Notes under the pieces: model-generated
What the model was told of the DNA's origin: nothing
The model's database searches: none
Seen by the model: only the letters and a program-made list of their open reading frames with translations
Program-made: the position numbers and the translations under genes
In this document: positions 26,215-35,876 of the stretch, one piece after another
Layout of the letters: the number at the start of each line of letters is the position of its first letter
How positions within the stretch are numbered: the first letter of the stretch is position 1
Source: Campylobacterales bacterium
GTDB lineage: Bacteria; Campylobacterota; Campylobacteria; Campylobacterales; JALSKU01
DNA: 41,482 nucleotides
Direction: 5' to 3'
Assembly: GCA_027023175.1 (NCBI GenBank)
Contig: JALVWW010000148.1
Span: 1 to 41,482 of the forward strand

Positions 26215-27191
26215 AACAGTAACCTTTTTGCTTTTTGTATAATTTCATTTTCATCTATATTTTGGATGCACATATCTTTTTTGTCCAGCTTTAAAGGATT
26301 TATCTCTTTTTTGCAATCTATCACAACATTTATCTTACTTTGAAGAGTATTTCTCCAGCTTGGTGTCGGACCGAAAATGGTAATGCTCGGCTTGTTTAAT
26401 GCCCATGCTATATGAGTCGGGCCGCTGTCTGCTCCTATGGTAAGATCACTTTTTGCTATCAATGCTTTAAGCTCATCCAGGCTCATTTTTGGCAATATTT
26501 TTGCGTTTGATGAATTATTAGCAATATACTCGGCACTAGATTTTTCCTTTTTGCTACCCCATGAAATTAAAAAATTTGCATCCATTTTTTTGACAATATT
26601 AAGAAATTTTTCTTTCGGGTATATTTTGCTTTCCCAGCTCGAGCCTACTATTATAACGATATTTTTTTGTTTTGGGTTTAAAAAGTTATCTATGTTTTTT
26701 TCTACTGTTTTTGAATAAAATAAAGAGGGTTGTTTGCTGTAGAGTGCATCTTTTTTTATATCAAGATTTAAGGAATGCTTTGCAAGTTCAAAATTTCTGA
26801 TAATGACATTTTCTCCATAAGGTATATAAAAACATTTATCATAAAAAAAAGAGGCGATTTTTTCCCTTACGGAATTTTTGTCAAATCCGTAACTCTCACC
26901 CAAAACTTTTGATATAAAAGCACTTTTTAAAAGTCCCTGTAAGTCGATAACTTTATCATATCTGTTTTTGTATCTAAAAATCTTTTTAATTTCTTGTAGT
27001 TTGTTTTTCTCTTTTAATTTTAAAGGTATAATATTGTCTATATAAGGATTGAATTTTAAAATTTCGCTAAACCTCTCTTCGACAAACCAGTCTATTGTGA
27101 TATCTTTGATACTGTTTTTAATCATTTGGGGTAGAAATGAAGCATGTATTATGTCACCAAGTGCAGACAGTTTGACTATAGCTAATCTCAC
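26208..27191 (-). CDS. waaC: ADP-heptose--LPS heptosyltransferase I (GT9)
   Basis: 327 aa with N-terminus MRLAIVKLSALGDIIH and GADSGPTHIAWA. It is adjacent to lpxL. Confidence 0.8.
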   Translation of the reverse strand: MRLAIVKLSALGDIIHASFLPQMIKNSIKDITIDWFVEERFSEILKFNPYIDNIIPLKLKEKNKLQEIKKIFRYKNRYDKVIDLQGLLKSAFISKVLGESYGFDKNSVREKIASFFYDKCFYIPYGENVIIRNFELAKHSLNLDIKKDALYSKQPSLFYSKTVEKNIDNFLNPKQKNIVIIVGSSWESKIYPKEKFLNIVKKMDANFLISWGSKKEKSSAEYIANNSSNAKILPKMSLDELKALIAKSDLTIGADSGPTHIAWALNKPSITIFGPTPSWRNTLQSKINVVIDCKKEINPLKLDKKDMCIQNIDENEIIQKAKRLLLC

Positions 27192-27201
27192 TTTTACCCT
27201 T

Positions 27202-27225
27202 TTTTAGATACAATTCTATCTAAAA
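27202..27225. promoter_or_regulatory. Perfect 9-bp inverted repeat (TTTTAGATA-CAATTC-TATCTAAAA), candidate operator in the waaC/MNT divergent region
   Basis: Seen at 27202-27225, 21 nt upstream of the MNT ATG (27246). Confidence 0.35.
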
Positions 27226-27245
27226 GTAATTTAAAAGGTCTTTTA

Positions 27246-27536
27246 ATGGATAAAGAGTATGTGTTAGATTATCTAAAAAAGAATAAAATGAAGTTAAAAG
27301 ATAAATATGGTGTAGTTAAGATAGGTCTTTTTGGGAGCTATGCTAGAAATGAACAAAAAAAGGATAGTGATATAGATATAGCTGTTGAGTTACAAGCAAC
27401 AAATAGTTTTAGAAGTTTTTTTGCTCTTAAAGACGAACTTGAAAAAAGCTTTGGCAAGAAGATTGATTTGGGTATTGAGCATAGCTTGAAGCCGATTGTA
27501 AAAAAATATATTGAAAAAGAGATTATTTATGTCTAA
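27246..27536 (+). CDS. Minimal nucleotidyltransferase (MNT), antitoxin of the MNT-HEPN type
   Basis: 96 aa with the GLFGSYARNEQKKDSDIDIAV (GSxxR...DxD) polymerase-beta-like NTase signature. Confidence 0.85.
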   Translation: MDKEYVLDYLKKNKMKLKDKYGVVKIGLFGSYARNEQKKDSDIDIAVELQATNSFRSFFALKDELEKSFGKKIDLGIEHSLKPIVKKYIEKEIIYV

Positions 27537-27645
27537 AAGAGATATAAAACTTTATTTATATGATATATTTGATAGTGCCAATGCTATAAAGGAGTTTACT
27601 AAAGGTTTGACTTATGATGAGTTTGTAACTGATAGAAAAACTTAA
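27529..27645 (+). pseudogene. Truncated HEPN (DUF86) toxin remnant, 38 codons
   Basis: The ATG at 27529 overlaps the MNT stop by 8 nt. MSKRDIKLYLYDIFDSANAIKEFTKGLTYDEFVTDRKT* matches the N-terminus of DUF86 proteins. It stops before the Rx4-6H catalytic motif, and full-length proteins are about 110-140 aa. Confidence 0.7.
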
Positions 27646-27664
27646 AAGTATGAATGGAAGCTAA

Positions 27665-28453
27665 ATGATATGTATATTTGATTGTGAAACTGTGCCTGAT
27701 GTTGCTCTTGTAAGGAGTGAGTTTGAAGTAGAGGGGAGTGATCTTGAAGTTTCAAACAAGGCTTTTGAACTTCAAGAAGAAAAAAGCGGATACTCTTTTT
27801 TACCTCTTCCTTTTCATAAAGTTGTAGCGATTTCTGCGGTGATTGCGGATGATTTTGGTAAATTTGAGAGAGTTAGCTCTATTCAAGGTGATAATGAAAA
27901 AGAGATGATAAAAAACTTTTTGGGTTTTATTGATAAAAAAGAGCCAAAACTTGTCAGTTTTAACGGAAGGTCTTTTGATGTGCCAATGCTCATGATAAGA
28001 GCCATGAAGTACAATCTCTCATGTCCGGCCTATTTTGAAAAAGAAAACAGAGAATTAAACAAAAGCAAATGGGACAATTACCGCTCTCGTTACAGTGACA
28101 GGTTTCATGTGGATTTGATGGATCATATAGGTGAATTTGGAGCGGTAAGATCGCTTAAACTCGATACTATTTGCAAGATGGCCGGACTTCCGGGAAAATA
28201 TGATGTGCATGGTGATGAAGTAACGAAGCTTTATTATGAAAAAGAGTTGACGAAGATAAAAGAGTATTGTGAAAGCGATGTTTTAAATACTTACTGGCTT
28301 TATTTGAAGTATGAACTTTTAAAAGGCAATCTGACTCTGAGTGATTACGCAGAGTATCTTTATGGTTTTAAAGAGAAGCTTGATGTTAAAAAATCTTATA
28401 CTGAAATTTTCAGACAATTCTTGGAAAAAGAGATAGATGAGGTAAGGGGATAA
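27665..28453 (+). CDS. Predicted 3'-5' exonuclease related to the PolB exonuclease domain
   Basis: 262 aa with the DEDDy-like pattern ICIFDCETVPD (ExoI), FNGRSFDVPML (ExoII) and YCESDVLNTY (ExoIII). Confidence 0.7.
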   Translation: MICIFDCETVPDVALVRSEFEVEGSDLEVSNKAFELQEEKSGYSFLPLPFHKVVAISAVIADDFGKFERVSSIQGDNEKEMIKNFLGFIDKKEPKLVSFNGRSFDVPMLMIRAMKYNLSCPAYFEKENRELNKSKWDNYRSRYSDRFHVDLMDHIGEFGAVRSLKLDTICKMAGLPGKYDVHGDEVTKLYYEKELTKIKEYCESDVLNTYWLYLKYELLKGNLTLSDYAEYLYGFKEKLDVKKSYTEIFRQFLEKEIDEVRG

Positions 28454-28497
28454 AAGGTGGTAAGGGGGTAAGGGGGTAAGGGGGTAAGGATGGAGAG
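28441..28497 (+). repeat. Octamer-family repeat array, copy B4 (GGGGGTAA x3 core)
   Basis: GGTAAGGGGATAAAAGGTGGTAA GGGGGTAA GGGGGTAA GGGGGTAA GGATGGAGAGG, with perfect 8-mers at 28464-28487. It overlaps the last codons and the stop (28451-28453) of the exonuclease gene. Confidence 0.9.
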
Positions 28498-28570
28498 GTT
28501 AGCGAAAGGATCAATATTCGCACTAAGCTCTGAACATTTCTTACCTATTAAATAAAAAGGTGGTAAAAAT

Positions 28571-29893
28571 ATGAATATAGCAGTTATAGGCACAGGTTAT
28601 GTGGGGCTTGTTACGGGAACTTGCTTTGCTGAGATGGGCAATAGTGTAGTTTGTGTTGATATAGATAAAGAAAAGATAGAAGGTTTGAAAAAAGGTATCA
28701 TTCCTATCTATGAGCCGGGTCTTGAGAGGATGGTTTTGAAAAATTTCAACAATAAAACACTTGATTTTTCAACCGATTTGAAAGAGGCTTTAAAAAAAGC
28801 AAAAGTTGCATTTATAGCTGTGGGGACTCCCATGAGTGAAGACGGCAGTGCGGATTTGCAGTATGTTTTAGCTGTTGCAAAAGATATAGGTAAATATATG
28901 CAGCATTACATGGTTATAGTTGACAAGTCAACAGTACCTGTCGGAACTGCGGAGAAAGTAAGCAAGACAATAAAAAAAGAACTTGAAAAAAGAGGTGAAG
29001 ATATAGAGTTTGATGTAGTAAGCAATCCCGAATTTTTAAAAGAGGGAGCTGCCATATCAGACTTTATGAAGCCCGATCGTGTAGTTGTAGGCTCAAGCAC
29101 AAAAAAAGCCATGGATATAATGAAAGAGCTTTACAGACCGTTTACACTAAATCATGAGAGATTTATTGCAATGGATACCAAAAGTGCAGAGCTTACCAAA
29201 TATGCAGCCAATGCAATGCTTGCAACCAAGATATCCTTTATGAATGAAATGAGCCAGATAGCCTACAGGGTAGGAGCTGATATAAACATGGTAAGACACG
29301 GCATAGGAAGTGACAGCAGAATAGGGTACAGTTTTATCTATCCCGGATGCGGATATGGCGGAAGCTGTTTCCCAAAAGATGTAAATGCTTTAAATAAAAT
29401 AGCACAAGATGCAGGGTATGAGCCCAAAATCATTCCGGCGGTAGAAGAGGTAAACAAATATCAAAAAATGGTATTGGTTGAAATGATTGAGAGACGATTC
29501 GGTAATGATTTGAAAGGAAAAAGTTTCGGTATATGGGGACTTAGTTTCAAGCCTGAGACTGATGATATGAGAGAAGCACCTTCCATCATAATTATAAAAG
29601 AGTTGCTAAGAAGAGGAGCGAAGATAAAAGCCTATGACCCTCAGGCCATGAAAGATGCCAAAGAGTTTTGGCTAAAAGGTGCTGATGTAGAATATGTCGG
29701 GAGTAAATATGATGCTTTGGACGGTGTAGATGCATCTGTATTGATAACAGAGTGGAAAGAGTTTAGAAGTCCTGATTTTGACGAAATGAAAAAAAGAATG
29801 AAAAATACTATTATATTTGACGGAAGAAACCAATACAACAAAGAAAAACTAAAAGAGCTGGGTTTTGAATACTATCAAATCGGAGTTGCATAG
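28571..29893 (+). CDS. ugd: UDP-glucose 6-dehydrogenase
   Basis: 440 aa with VIGTGYVGLVTG, catalytic GGSCFPKD and length typical of the family. Its RBS is AAGGTGGTAA (28557-28566). Confidence 0.92.
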   Translation: MNIAVIGTGYVGLVTGTCFAEMGNSVVCVDIDKEKIEGLKKGIIPIYEPGLERMVLKNFNNKTLDFSTDLKEALKKAKVAFIAVGTPMSEDGSADLQYVLAVAKDIGKYMQHYMVIVDKSTVPVGTAEKVSKTIKKELEKRGEDIEFDVVSNPEFLKEGAAISDFMKPDRVVVGSSTKKAMDIMKELYRPFTLNHERFIAMDTKSAELTKYAANAMLATKISFMNEMSQIAYRVGADINMVRHGIGSDSRIGYSFIYPGCGYGGSCFPKDVNALNKIAQDAGYEPKIIPAVEEVNKYQKMVLVEMIERRFGNDLKGKSFGIWGLSFKPETDDMREAPSIIIIKELLRRGAKIKAYDPQAMKDAKEFWLKGADVEYVGSKYDALDGVDASVLITEWKEFRSPDFDEMKKRMKNTIIFDGRNQYNKEKLKELGFEYYQIGVA

Positions 29894-29895
29894 AT

Positions 29896-30513
29896 ATGAG
29901 TAAGATAGCTGTTATTGACTACAATATGGGCAATCTAAGCAGTGTAAAAAATGCTTTTTTAAAATTTGATCAATCGGTTGATATTGTAAAAGAGCCTGAA
30001 CTTTTAAAAAATTATGACAAAATTGTACTTCCCGGAGTTGGAGCTTTTGGAGACGCGATGAGCCACTTAAGAGAAAATGAGATGGATATCGCCATAAAAG
30101 AGTTTGTTAAAAGCGGCAGAGTTCTTCTTGGTATCTGTCTTGGAATGCAGTTGCTTTTTGACAGAAGTGAAGAGTTTGGCTCACACATAGGTCTTGGTTT
30201 GGTGCCGGGTGATATTAAGTACTTTGATAGCAGCAAATTTCCCAAAAGGCTTAAAGTCCCGCATATGGGATGGAATAAGCTTTTTATACAAAAAGATTCA
30301 CCTCTTTTTAAAGGGCTTGATGAGTCATTTTATCTATATTTTGTCCACTCTTATCATGCTATTTGTGATGAAAAGTATATCATAGGAAAAACTATTTACG
30401 GATATGAATTTGCAAGTGCAGTACAAAATGAAAATGTTTTCGGTTTTCAACCTCATCCAGAAAAAAGCCATACAGACGGACTTAAGATAGTAGAAAATTT
30501 TATAAAGTTATGA
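29896..30513 (+). CDS. hisH: Imidazole glycerol phosphate synthase, glutamine amidotransferase subunit
   Basis: 205 aa with LPGVGAFG, GICLGMQLL and QPHPEKS. Confidence 0.93.
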   Translation: MSKIAVIDYNMGNLSSVKNAFLKFDQSVDIVKEPELLKNYDKIVLPGVGAFGDAMSHLRENEMDIAIKEFVKSGRVLLGICLGMQLLFDRSEEFGSHIGLGLVPGDIKYFDSSKFPKRLKVPHMGWNKLFIQKDSPLFKGLDESFYLYFVHSYHAICDEKYIIGKTIYGYEFASAVQNENVFGFQPHPEKSHTDGLKIVENFIKL

Positions 30514-33500
30514 TATTTCAAAAATCTATCCTAAATAGCTTTATCCAAGAGCAAGATGAAATTTTAGTAGCTTCAAGATGGGCTAACTATCTAAAATTTA
30601 AAGAGAAGATAGATTTTGTTAAAATTGTAAAAGAGGAGAAGTACCAAGAGGGTTTTTTAAGAGATATTTTTGAAAAATGTTTGGGATATACTCTTGATAC
30701 AAGCGATCCAGATAGCTATAACTTAAAAAGAGAAGAAAAAAACGAAACAGACAGCAAAAAAGCAGATGGTGTTATAGTAGTAGATAAAAAGATAGTAGGT
30801 GTTATAGAGTTAAAAGATCAAAAAACTAAATATTTAGATGCTGTTTTAAATCAAGCATTTGATTATCATAACTCTCATAGTTATAGCAGATACATTATCG
30901 TTTCAAATTTTAATGAATTAAGACTCTATATAGACAAAAAAACTGAATATGAAAAATGGTATCTTTTTGATCTAAGTTATGAAGAGTTTAAAAAACTTCA
31001 TCTTCTTTTATCTTATGAAAGTATAAGAGATGATATACCTCTAAAATTAAAGCAAAGATCACTCAATTTTGAAGAGGAGATAAGTAAAAAGTTTTATAGT
31101 GACTATGCAAAGTTTAGAACTTATCTTTTTGAAAATCTTATCAAAAACAATCCAACCATAGAAAAACTAACTCTTTTAAAATTAACCTCCAAACTCATTG
31201 ATAGGATAGTTTTTATACTTTTTGCAGAAGATAGAGGGATTTTAAGAGCAAATACTATAAAAGAGATAAGAGAGGAGTTTCAAAAGCAAAAATTTACCTC
31301 ATACTCTCTTTATGATATATATAAGTTTTATTTTGAAGCTATAAATAGCGGCAATGAAAAACTACAAATCCCAAGATACAATGGTGGGTTATTTGCAAAA
31401 GATGAAGTGCTTGATAGTTTGGTGATAGATGATGAAGTGCTTGATCTAAGAGTTCAAAAGCTTAGTGATTATGACTTTGAGAGTGAAGTTAGTGTCAATA
31501 TTTTAGGTCATATTTTTGAGCAAAGCTTAAGTGATATAGAGGAAATAAGAGCTGATATAAATAGTGAAAAATTTGACATAAAGCAATCAAAACGAAAAAA
31601 AGACGGCATCTTTTATACTCCAAGTTATATCACAAAGTTTATAGTAGATAATACTCTAGGTAAGATGTGCTTTGAAAAGAAAAAAGAGTTAAATCTAACT
31701 GTTATAAGCTACCCTAAAAATCCAAAAAGATTAAATAAAAGTGAAAAAGAGACTTTACAAAACATCTATAAATATAGAGAATTTTTACTCAGTTTAAAAG
31801 TGCTCGATCCAGCCTGTGGAAGTGGGGCATTTTTAAATGAAGCTTTTAGTTTTTTAGAAAATGAACATAAATTTGTCGATAAATATAGAAAGATTTATGA
31901 AAATGAAACTTTAGGACTTTATGACATAGATAGCACCATCTTAGAAAATAATCTTTTTGGAGTAGATATAAACTCTGAAGCTGTGGAAATTGCAAAGCTT
32001 AGTCTTTGGCTAAAGAGTGCAAAAAAAGGAAGAGAGCTTGTAAAATTGAGCGATAAAATTATCTCAGCCAATAGCTTAGTAGATGATATCTTTAGTGATA
32101 TTTCCTTTGATGTAGTTATCGGCAATCCCCCTTATGTAAGACAAGAGAAAATCAAAGAGTTAAAACCTCTTTTAAAAAATTATGAAGTATTTGACGGAGT
32201 AGCAGATCTTTATGTGTATTTTTATGAACTTGGAATAAAAAAGTTAAAAGAGGGCGGTATCTTAGGCTATATATGTTCAAATAAATTTTTTAGAGCAAAA
32301 TATGGAGCAAGATTTAGAGAGTTTATGCTAAAGCAAACAAATATAAGGTATATAGTTGATCTTTCAGGAGTGAAAGTCTTTGAAGATGCTACTGTGGATA
32401 GTGCTGTTACAATCCTTGAAAAAGGGGTAAAGGGGGATAGGAGTAAAGGAGTAAAGGTTTCTCTTGGAGGGTTTGATAGTGTTTTTGATGTTAAGCAAGA
32501 GGATTTAAGTAGAGATGGTTTTGTTTTTTTGCATTCTAAAGAGCTTAAGATAAAGAGAAAAATTGAAAGAGTTGGAACACCGCTTCAAAAGTGGGATGTC
32601 AATATTTATAGGGGGATTTTAACAGGTTTTAATGAAGCTTTTATCATTGACAGCAAGACAAAAGAGGAGTTGATAAGCTCTGATAGTAAAAATGAAGAGG
32701 TGATAAAACCTCTCTTAAGAGGTAGGGATATAAAAAAATATGAGATAAATTTTGCTGATAAGTGGCTGATAAATATACATAATAATCCACCTGTTGATAT
32801 AAATCAATACCCAAGCATAAAAGAGCATTTGGATCAATATTATGATAAATTGGCAAAAAGACTGGATAAAGGAATTACTCCTTATAATTTAAGAAATTGT
32901 GCCTATTTGGAAGAGTTTGAAAAAGAGAAAATATTTTATAATCAAATTGGGTATGGTATAGATTTTTGCTATGATGATAAAAAATTTTATTGCAATGATA
33001 AATTATATTTTATAACTTCATCAAATTTAAACTTAAAGTATGCTACTGCGATTTTTAACTCTAAACTTTATGATTTTTACTTTAAATTGCTTTTTAATTT
33101 TGGAGGAGGTAAGGGAAGAGATAGTTTTAAACATATTCCTCTACCAAACATACCAAAAACCCTAAAAAAATATCAAGAAAATGTCCAGTATCTTTTAAAT
33201 ATGCCAAGAAAAAAAAGATATGATAATGAAAAAAAGATAGCTATCTCATATCTAAAAGGCAGAGAGATATGTATCACAGAGTTTTTATTTGCAAAACAAA
33301 GAGGTTATATTTTTGGACTTCAAGGACATGATGATATATTTATAGAATATTATAAACTTTTGCCTTATATATTTAGCAACTTTTTATTTGATGAGGTATT
33401 TCAAAATATTGATAATAAACGATTGATATACTCACTTTTTGATCAAAATGGTAGAAGAATATTTCATGTCATTGATAATGAGAATAAGCTGATCTCTGTC

Positions 33501-33896
33501 TATATAGTTAGTAAAGATAAATATAAACGACAAATAGATAGAAAATTTAAAAAAGTTGATAGATGGGAGGGCGGTCACTTCTCCATCCTGAGTCCAGCAG
33601 AACCTTTCTGGCGTCATCTACCAACCTTGATAAGATTATATCAAAATTTTCAAAAAAATTCAATTACTCAAGATGATTTTATAGAAAAAGTGGATAAGAT
33701 TTTAAATGCAAAAGAGAAGATAAAGCTTTATAAAAAACATTTTAAAAGTTTAAATGCAGTAGAAAAGATAGAGATAAAAGAGCAGATAGAAGAGTTGGAA
33801 AAAAATATCGATAAAGATATTTTACAAATCAACGAACTTGTATATAAGCTCTATCAGTTAAATAAAGAAGAGATACAAATCATAAAAGGAAAATGA
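30510..33896 (+). CDS. Single-polypeptide type IIG restriction endonuclease / N6-adenine DNA methyltransferase (Eco57I/TaqI_C-type)
   Basis: 1128 aa. N-terminal PD-(D/E)xK-like ADGVIVVD...GVIELKDQK. Methyltransferase motifs are [25 protein letters not shown] and VIGNPPYV. The target-recognition region has [14 protein letters not shown]. The C-terminal helix ends in [17 protein letters not shown]. There are ATGA overlaps with hisH and hisA. Confidence 0.82.
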   Translation: MIFQKSILNSFIQEQDEILVASRWANYLKFKEKIDFVKIVKEEKYQEGFLRDIFEKCLGYTLDTSDPDSYNLKREEKNETDSKKADGVIVVDKKIVGVIELKDQKTKYLDAVLNQAFDYHNSHSYSRYIIVSNFNELRLYIDKKTEYEKWYLFDLSYEEFKKLHLLLSYESIRDDIPLKLKQRSLNFEEEISKKFYSDYAKFRTYLFENLIKNNPTIEKLTLLKLTSKLIDRIVFILFAEDRGILRANTIKEIREEFQKQKFTSYSLYDIYKFYFEAINSGNEKLQIPRYNGGLFAKDEVLDSLVIDDEVLDLRVQKLSDYDFESEVSVNILGHIFEQSLSDIEEIRADINSEKFDIKQSKRKKDGIFYTPSYITKFIVDNTLGKMCFEKKKELNLTVISYPKNPKRLNKSEKETLQNIYKYREFLLSLKVLDPACGSGAFLNEAFSFLENEHKFVDKYRKIYENETLGLYDIDSTILENNLFGVDINSEAVEIAKLSLWLKSAKKGRELVKLSDKIISANSLVDDIFSDISFDVVIGNPPYVRQEKIKELKPLLKNYEVFDGVADLYVYFYELGIKKLKEGGILGYICSNKFFRAKYGARFREFMLKQTNIRYIVDLSGVKVFEDATVDSAVTILEKGVKGDRSKGVKVSLGGFDSVFDVKQEDLSRDGFVFLHSKELKIKRKIERVGTPLQKWDVNIYRGILTGFNEAFIIDSKTKEELISSDSKNEEVIKPLLRGRDIKKYEINFADKWLINIHNNPPVDINQYPSIKEHLDQYYDKLAKRLDKGITPYNLRNCAYLEEFEKEKIFYNQIGYGIDFCYDDKKFYCNDKLYFITSSNLNLKYATAIFNSKLYDFYFKLLFNFGGGKGRDSFKHIPLPNIPKTLKKYQENVQYLLNMPRKKRYDNEKKIAISYLKGREICITEFLFAKQRGYIFGLQGHDDIFIEYYKLLPYIFSNFLFDEVFQNIDNKRLIYSLFDQNGRRIFHVIDNENKLISVYIVSKDKYKRQIDRKFKKVDRWEGGHFSILSPAEPFWRHLPTLIRLYQNFQKNSITQDDFIEKVDKILNAKEKIKLYKKHFKSLNAVEKIEIKEQIEELEKNIDKDILQINELVYKLYQLNKEEIQIIKGK

Positions 33897-34603
33897 TGGA
33901 TATATTACCGGCAATTGATTTAAAAGATGGGAAAGCGGTTAGGCTTTCAAAAGGGGTTATGGATAGTGCAAAAGTGTACAGTAATGAACCTTGGGAAGTG
34001 GCAAAAGAGTTTGAAAAAGCAGGTTCAAAGTGGGTTCACCTGGTAGATTTAAACGGTGCTTTCAAAGGTGAGCCCGCAAATTTGGAGCAGATAAAAAAGA
34101 TAAGAAAAAACTGCAATCTTTTTATAGAAGTAGGCGGTGGCATAAGAGATGAAGACACTATCAAAATGTATATGGATTTGGGAGTTGACAGAGTAATTCT
34201 TGGCTCTATTGCTCTTAAAGATCCAAGTTTTGTAAAAGAGATGGCAAAAAAATATCCCATAGTTGTAGGCATTGATGCAAAAGATGGGATGGTGGCTGTT
34301 GAAGGCTGGGCGGAAGTCAGTAGTATAAAAGCTACAACTTTGGCAAAGGAGTTTGCAAGTGCCGGAGTGGAGGCTATCATTTGTACTGATATCAGTAAAG
34401 ACGGGATGCTCAGCGGTGTCAATGTGAAATTTACAGAAGAGATTGCAAGTGCTAGCAATATACCGACTATAGCAAGTGGTGGAGTTAGAGGGATTGAAGA
34501 TATAATAAAGTGCAAAAATAGCAAGAAGATAGCAGGAGTTATTATAGGAAAAGCATATTATGAGGGCAAAATTAACTTAGAAGAGGCATTTAAAGTAATC
34601 TAA
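33893..34603 (+). CDS. hisA: 1-(5-phosphoribosyl)-5-[(5-phosphoribosylamino)methylideneamino]imidazole-4-carboxamide isomerase
   Basis: 236 aa with [22 protein letters not shown] and ASGGV motifs. Confidence 0.93.
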   Translation: MMDILPAIDLKDGKAVRLSKGVMDSAKVYSNEPWEVAKEFEKAGSKWVHLVDLNGAFKGEPANLEQIKKIRKNCNLFIEVGGGIRDEDTIKMYMDLGVDRVILGSIALKDPSFVKEMAKKYPIVVGIDAKDGMVAVEGWAEVSSIKATTLAKEFASAGVEAIICTDISKDGMLSGVNVKFTEEIASASNIPTIASGGVRGIEDIIKCKNSKKIAGVIIGKAYYEGKINLEEAFKVI

Positions 34604-34669
34604 AACTAAAATAAGATAAAATTAACAAAATTTTAGTGTACTTAACTATACTAAACAAAAGGAAAGAAA

Positions 34670-35035
34670 TTGAAACTTTTAGTAGTAGATGACAGTTCAA
34701 CTATGAGAAGAATTATAAAAAATACTCTTGCAAGAATCGGTCACAAAGATGTACTTGAAGCTGAAGACGGAAAAGTTGCATGGCAAGTTATGCAGGAAAA
34801 CCCTGATATTGATATCTTGATAACCGACTGGAATATGCCGGAAATGAACGGACTAGAGTTGGTAAAAAAAGTAAGAGCTGAGAGTAAATATGAAGATATG
34901 CCCATTATCATGGTTACAACTGAAGGTGGAAAAAAAGAAGTTATAACTGCACTAAAAGCCGGTGTAAACAATTACATAGTAAAGCCTTTCACTCCACAAG
35001 TACTAAAAGAGAAGCTCGAAGATGTATTGGGCTAA
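34670..35035 (+). CDS. cheY: Chemotaxis response regulator CheY
   Basis: 121 aa single receiver domain with a TTG start. Motifs are LVVDDS, TDWNMPEMNG and KPF. Confidence 0.88.
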   Translation: MKLLVVDDSSTMRRIIKNTLARIGHKDVLEAEDGKVAWQVMQENPDIDILITDWNMPEMNGLELVKKVRAESKYEDMPIIMVTTEGGKKEVITALKAGVNNYIVKPFTPQVLKEKLEDVLG

Positions 35036-35038
35036 TGC

Positions 35039-35866
35039 ATGCAACAAGAGTATTATGAGCTACAGATAACTACAACTGACAAACAAGAAATATTTAGCAA
35101 TTTCATTTTTGAATTCGGCGTAGAAGCGATAGAGCAAAAAGACAACACTCTTATCGTTCGAAGTGAAGAGCCTCTTGAAGAGATTGAGTGGGGAGTCAAA
35201 GAGTTTGGGAAAAAATTATCAAAAGTTTTAAATGAAGAGATTGAAGTTACAACAAAATTGGATAAAAAAAGAAGTGAAGATTGGATAAAAAAATATAAAA
35301 ATTCGATTACTCCGATACAAGTAGGTGGTTTTTACATACATCCTACCTGGGAAAAAAACAAAGAGGGGTATATAAATATTCTCATTGATCCGGCTCTTAG
35401 TTTTGGCACGGGTCATCACGAGACAACAAGCTCCTGTTTGGAATTACTGAGTAAAACTGTTAAAAAGAGTGATACATTTTTAGATGTTGGATGTGGAAGC
35501 GGCATACTCTCTATAGCGGCCTGTAAACTGGGAGCCGAGGTTGAATTGTGTGACAGTGATGAGCAAAGTGTACAAAGTGCAAAAAATAATTTTCAGTTAA
35601 ACAATTGTTGCTATCATGATATATGGGTCGGTTCGGTAAATATGGCCAAAAAAGAGTATGATACAGTTGTGGCAAATATTGTTGCGGATGTGCTTATAAT
35701 GATAAATAAAGATTTGAAAAAAAGTGTAAAAAAAGCCGGTAATTTGATACTTTCAGGTATTTTAGATAAATATTTAGATAGTGTTTTGGCAAAATTTCAC
35801 GATTTTGAAAAAGTTGAAATCATAGAAAAAAATGAGTGGAGAACTCTACAATTAAAAAAAATATAA
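35039..35866 (+). CDS. prmA: Ribosomal protein L11 methyltransferase
   Basis: 275 aa with DPALSFGTGHHETT and LDVGCGSGILSIA. Confidence 0.9.
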   Translation: MQQEYYELQITTTDKQEIFSNFIFEFGVEAIEQKDNTLIVRSEEPLEEIEWGVKEFGKKLSKVLNEEIEVTTKLDKKRSEDWIKKYKNSITPIQVGGFYIHPTWEKNKEGYINILIDPALSFGTGHHETTSSCLELLSKTVKKSDTFLDVGCGSGILSIAACKLGAEVELCDSDEQSVQSAKNNFQLNNCCYHDIWVGSVNMAKKEYDTVVANIVADVLIMINKDLKKSVKKAGNLILSGILDKYLDSVLAKFHDFEKVEIIEKNEWRTLQLKKI

Positions 35867-35876
35867 GGGTAATATA

